DNA of 64,000 bases from Pseudothermotoga sp. (GTDB taxonomy: Bacteria; Thermotogota; Thermotogae; Thermotogales; DSM-5069), in assembly GCA_031962025.1 (NCBI GenBank), contig JAVRKW010000005.1. One strand, written 5' to 3'. Position numbers and translations under genes: made by a program. Shown here one piece after another: positions 63,662-64,000 of the stretch. The notes beneath the pieces are model-generated. The model was not told the origin of the DNA and searched no databases. It was given only the letters and a program-made list of their open reading frames with translations. How positions within the stretch are numbered: the first letter of the stretch is position 1; the number at the start of each line of letters is the position of its first letter.

Positions 63662-64000
63662 CTATTTCAAAGTCCCACCACACAATTGTATGACTATTTG
63701 TGCCCAGACTGTATTCAGATCAATCACATTGAGTCTGTGGCTTTTTGCAACCACCGGGAGCTCTGTACATCCTAAAAGCACATTTCCACCAAGAGCAGGC
63801 TCCACATCTTCATACCAGATTTTCTCTGCTCTGGAAAGTTCGCCGGCTTTTACAGAATAGATTATCTGCATCAGGTGGTCCTGTATTTTCGAATTTGGGA
63901 TGTGCAAGATCATTCCCGCCTTTTGTGCTGCCTTTTGATAAACACCGCTTTTTATTAAACCTTTGGTTCCTGTAAGCCAGGCTTCGTCAACTCCATCTTT
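63662..64000 (-). CDS. Aspartate/glutamate racemase family protein, 3' part only
   Basis: Frame open to the window end (...WLTGTKGLIKSGVY...); LGCTELP motif. Confidence 0.8.
   Translation of the reverse strand, partial: KDGVDEAWLTGTKGLIKSGVYQKAAQKAGMILHIPNSKIQDHLMQIIYSVKAGELSRAEKIWYEDVEPALGGNVLLGCTELPVVAKSHRLNVIDLNTVWAQIVIQLCGGTLK

Overview
Gene-dense, mostly core-genome window from a bacterium whose gene content points to Thermotogae, probably Pseudothermotoga/Thermotoga-like. This is inferred from the split MetH with a separate reactivation domain, three tandem M42 peptidases and a MalG-type permease with a very large insertion. No CRISPR, prophage or IS element was seen. Main contents: tRNA-Thr(GGU); a seven-gene methionine operon (MetH reactivation domain, metH, aspartokinase, DUF39-ferredoxin, UPF0280, metF, asd) that appears to use the methanogen-type aspartate-semialdehyde sulfurtransferase route; a rubredoxin missed by the ORF track; several uncharacterised envelope proteins; murA; rbfA-truB-ribF-like-herA-like; minC-M42x3-SPOR-comEA-ompH-lptB-gltX; and a galactan/maltodextrin ABC locus with a GH2 beta-galactosidase and a truncated GH53 gene. 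The top finding is upstream of the met operon, where I see no SAM riboswitch or T-box. Instead there is a 30-codon Met-rich leader peptide with a strong RBS and mutually exclusive antiterminator/terminator helices, a candidate ribosome-mediated methionine attenuator. A second notable element is a ~160-nt structured, 6S-like ncRNA between mrnC and rlmB.
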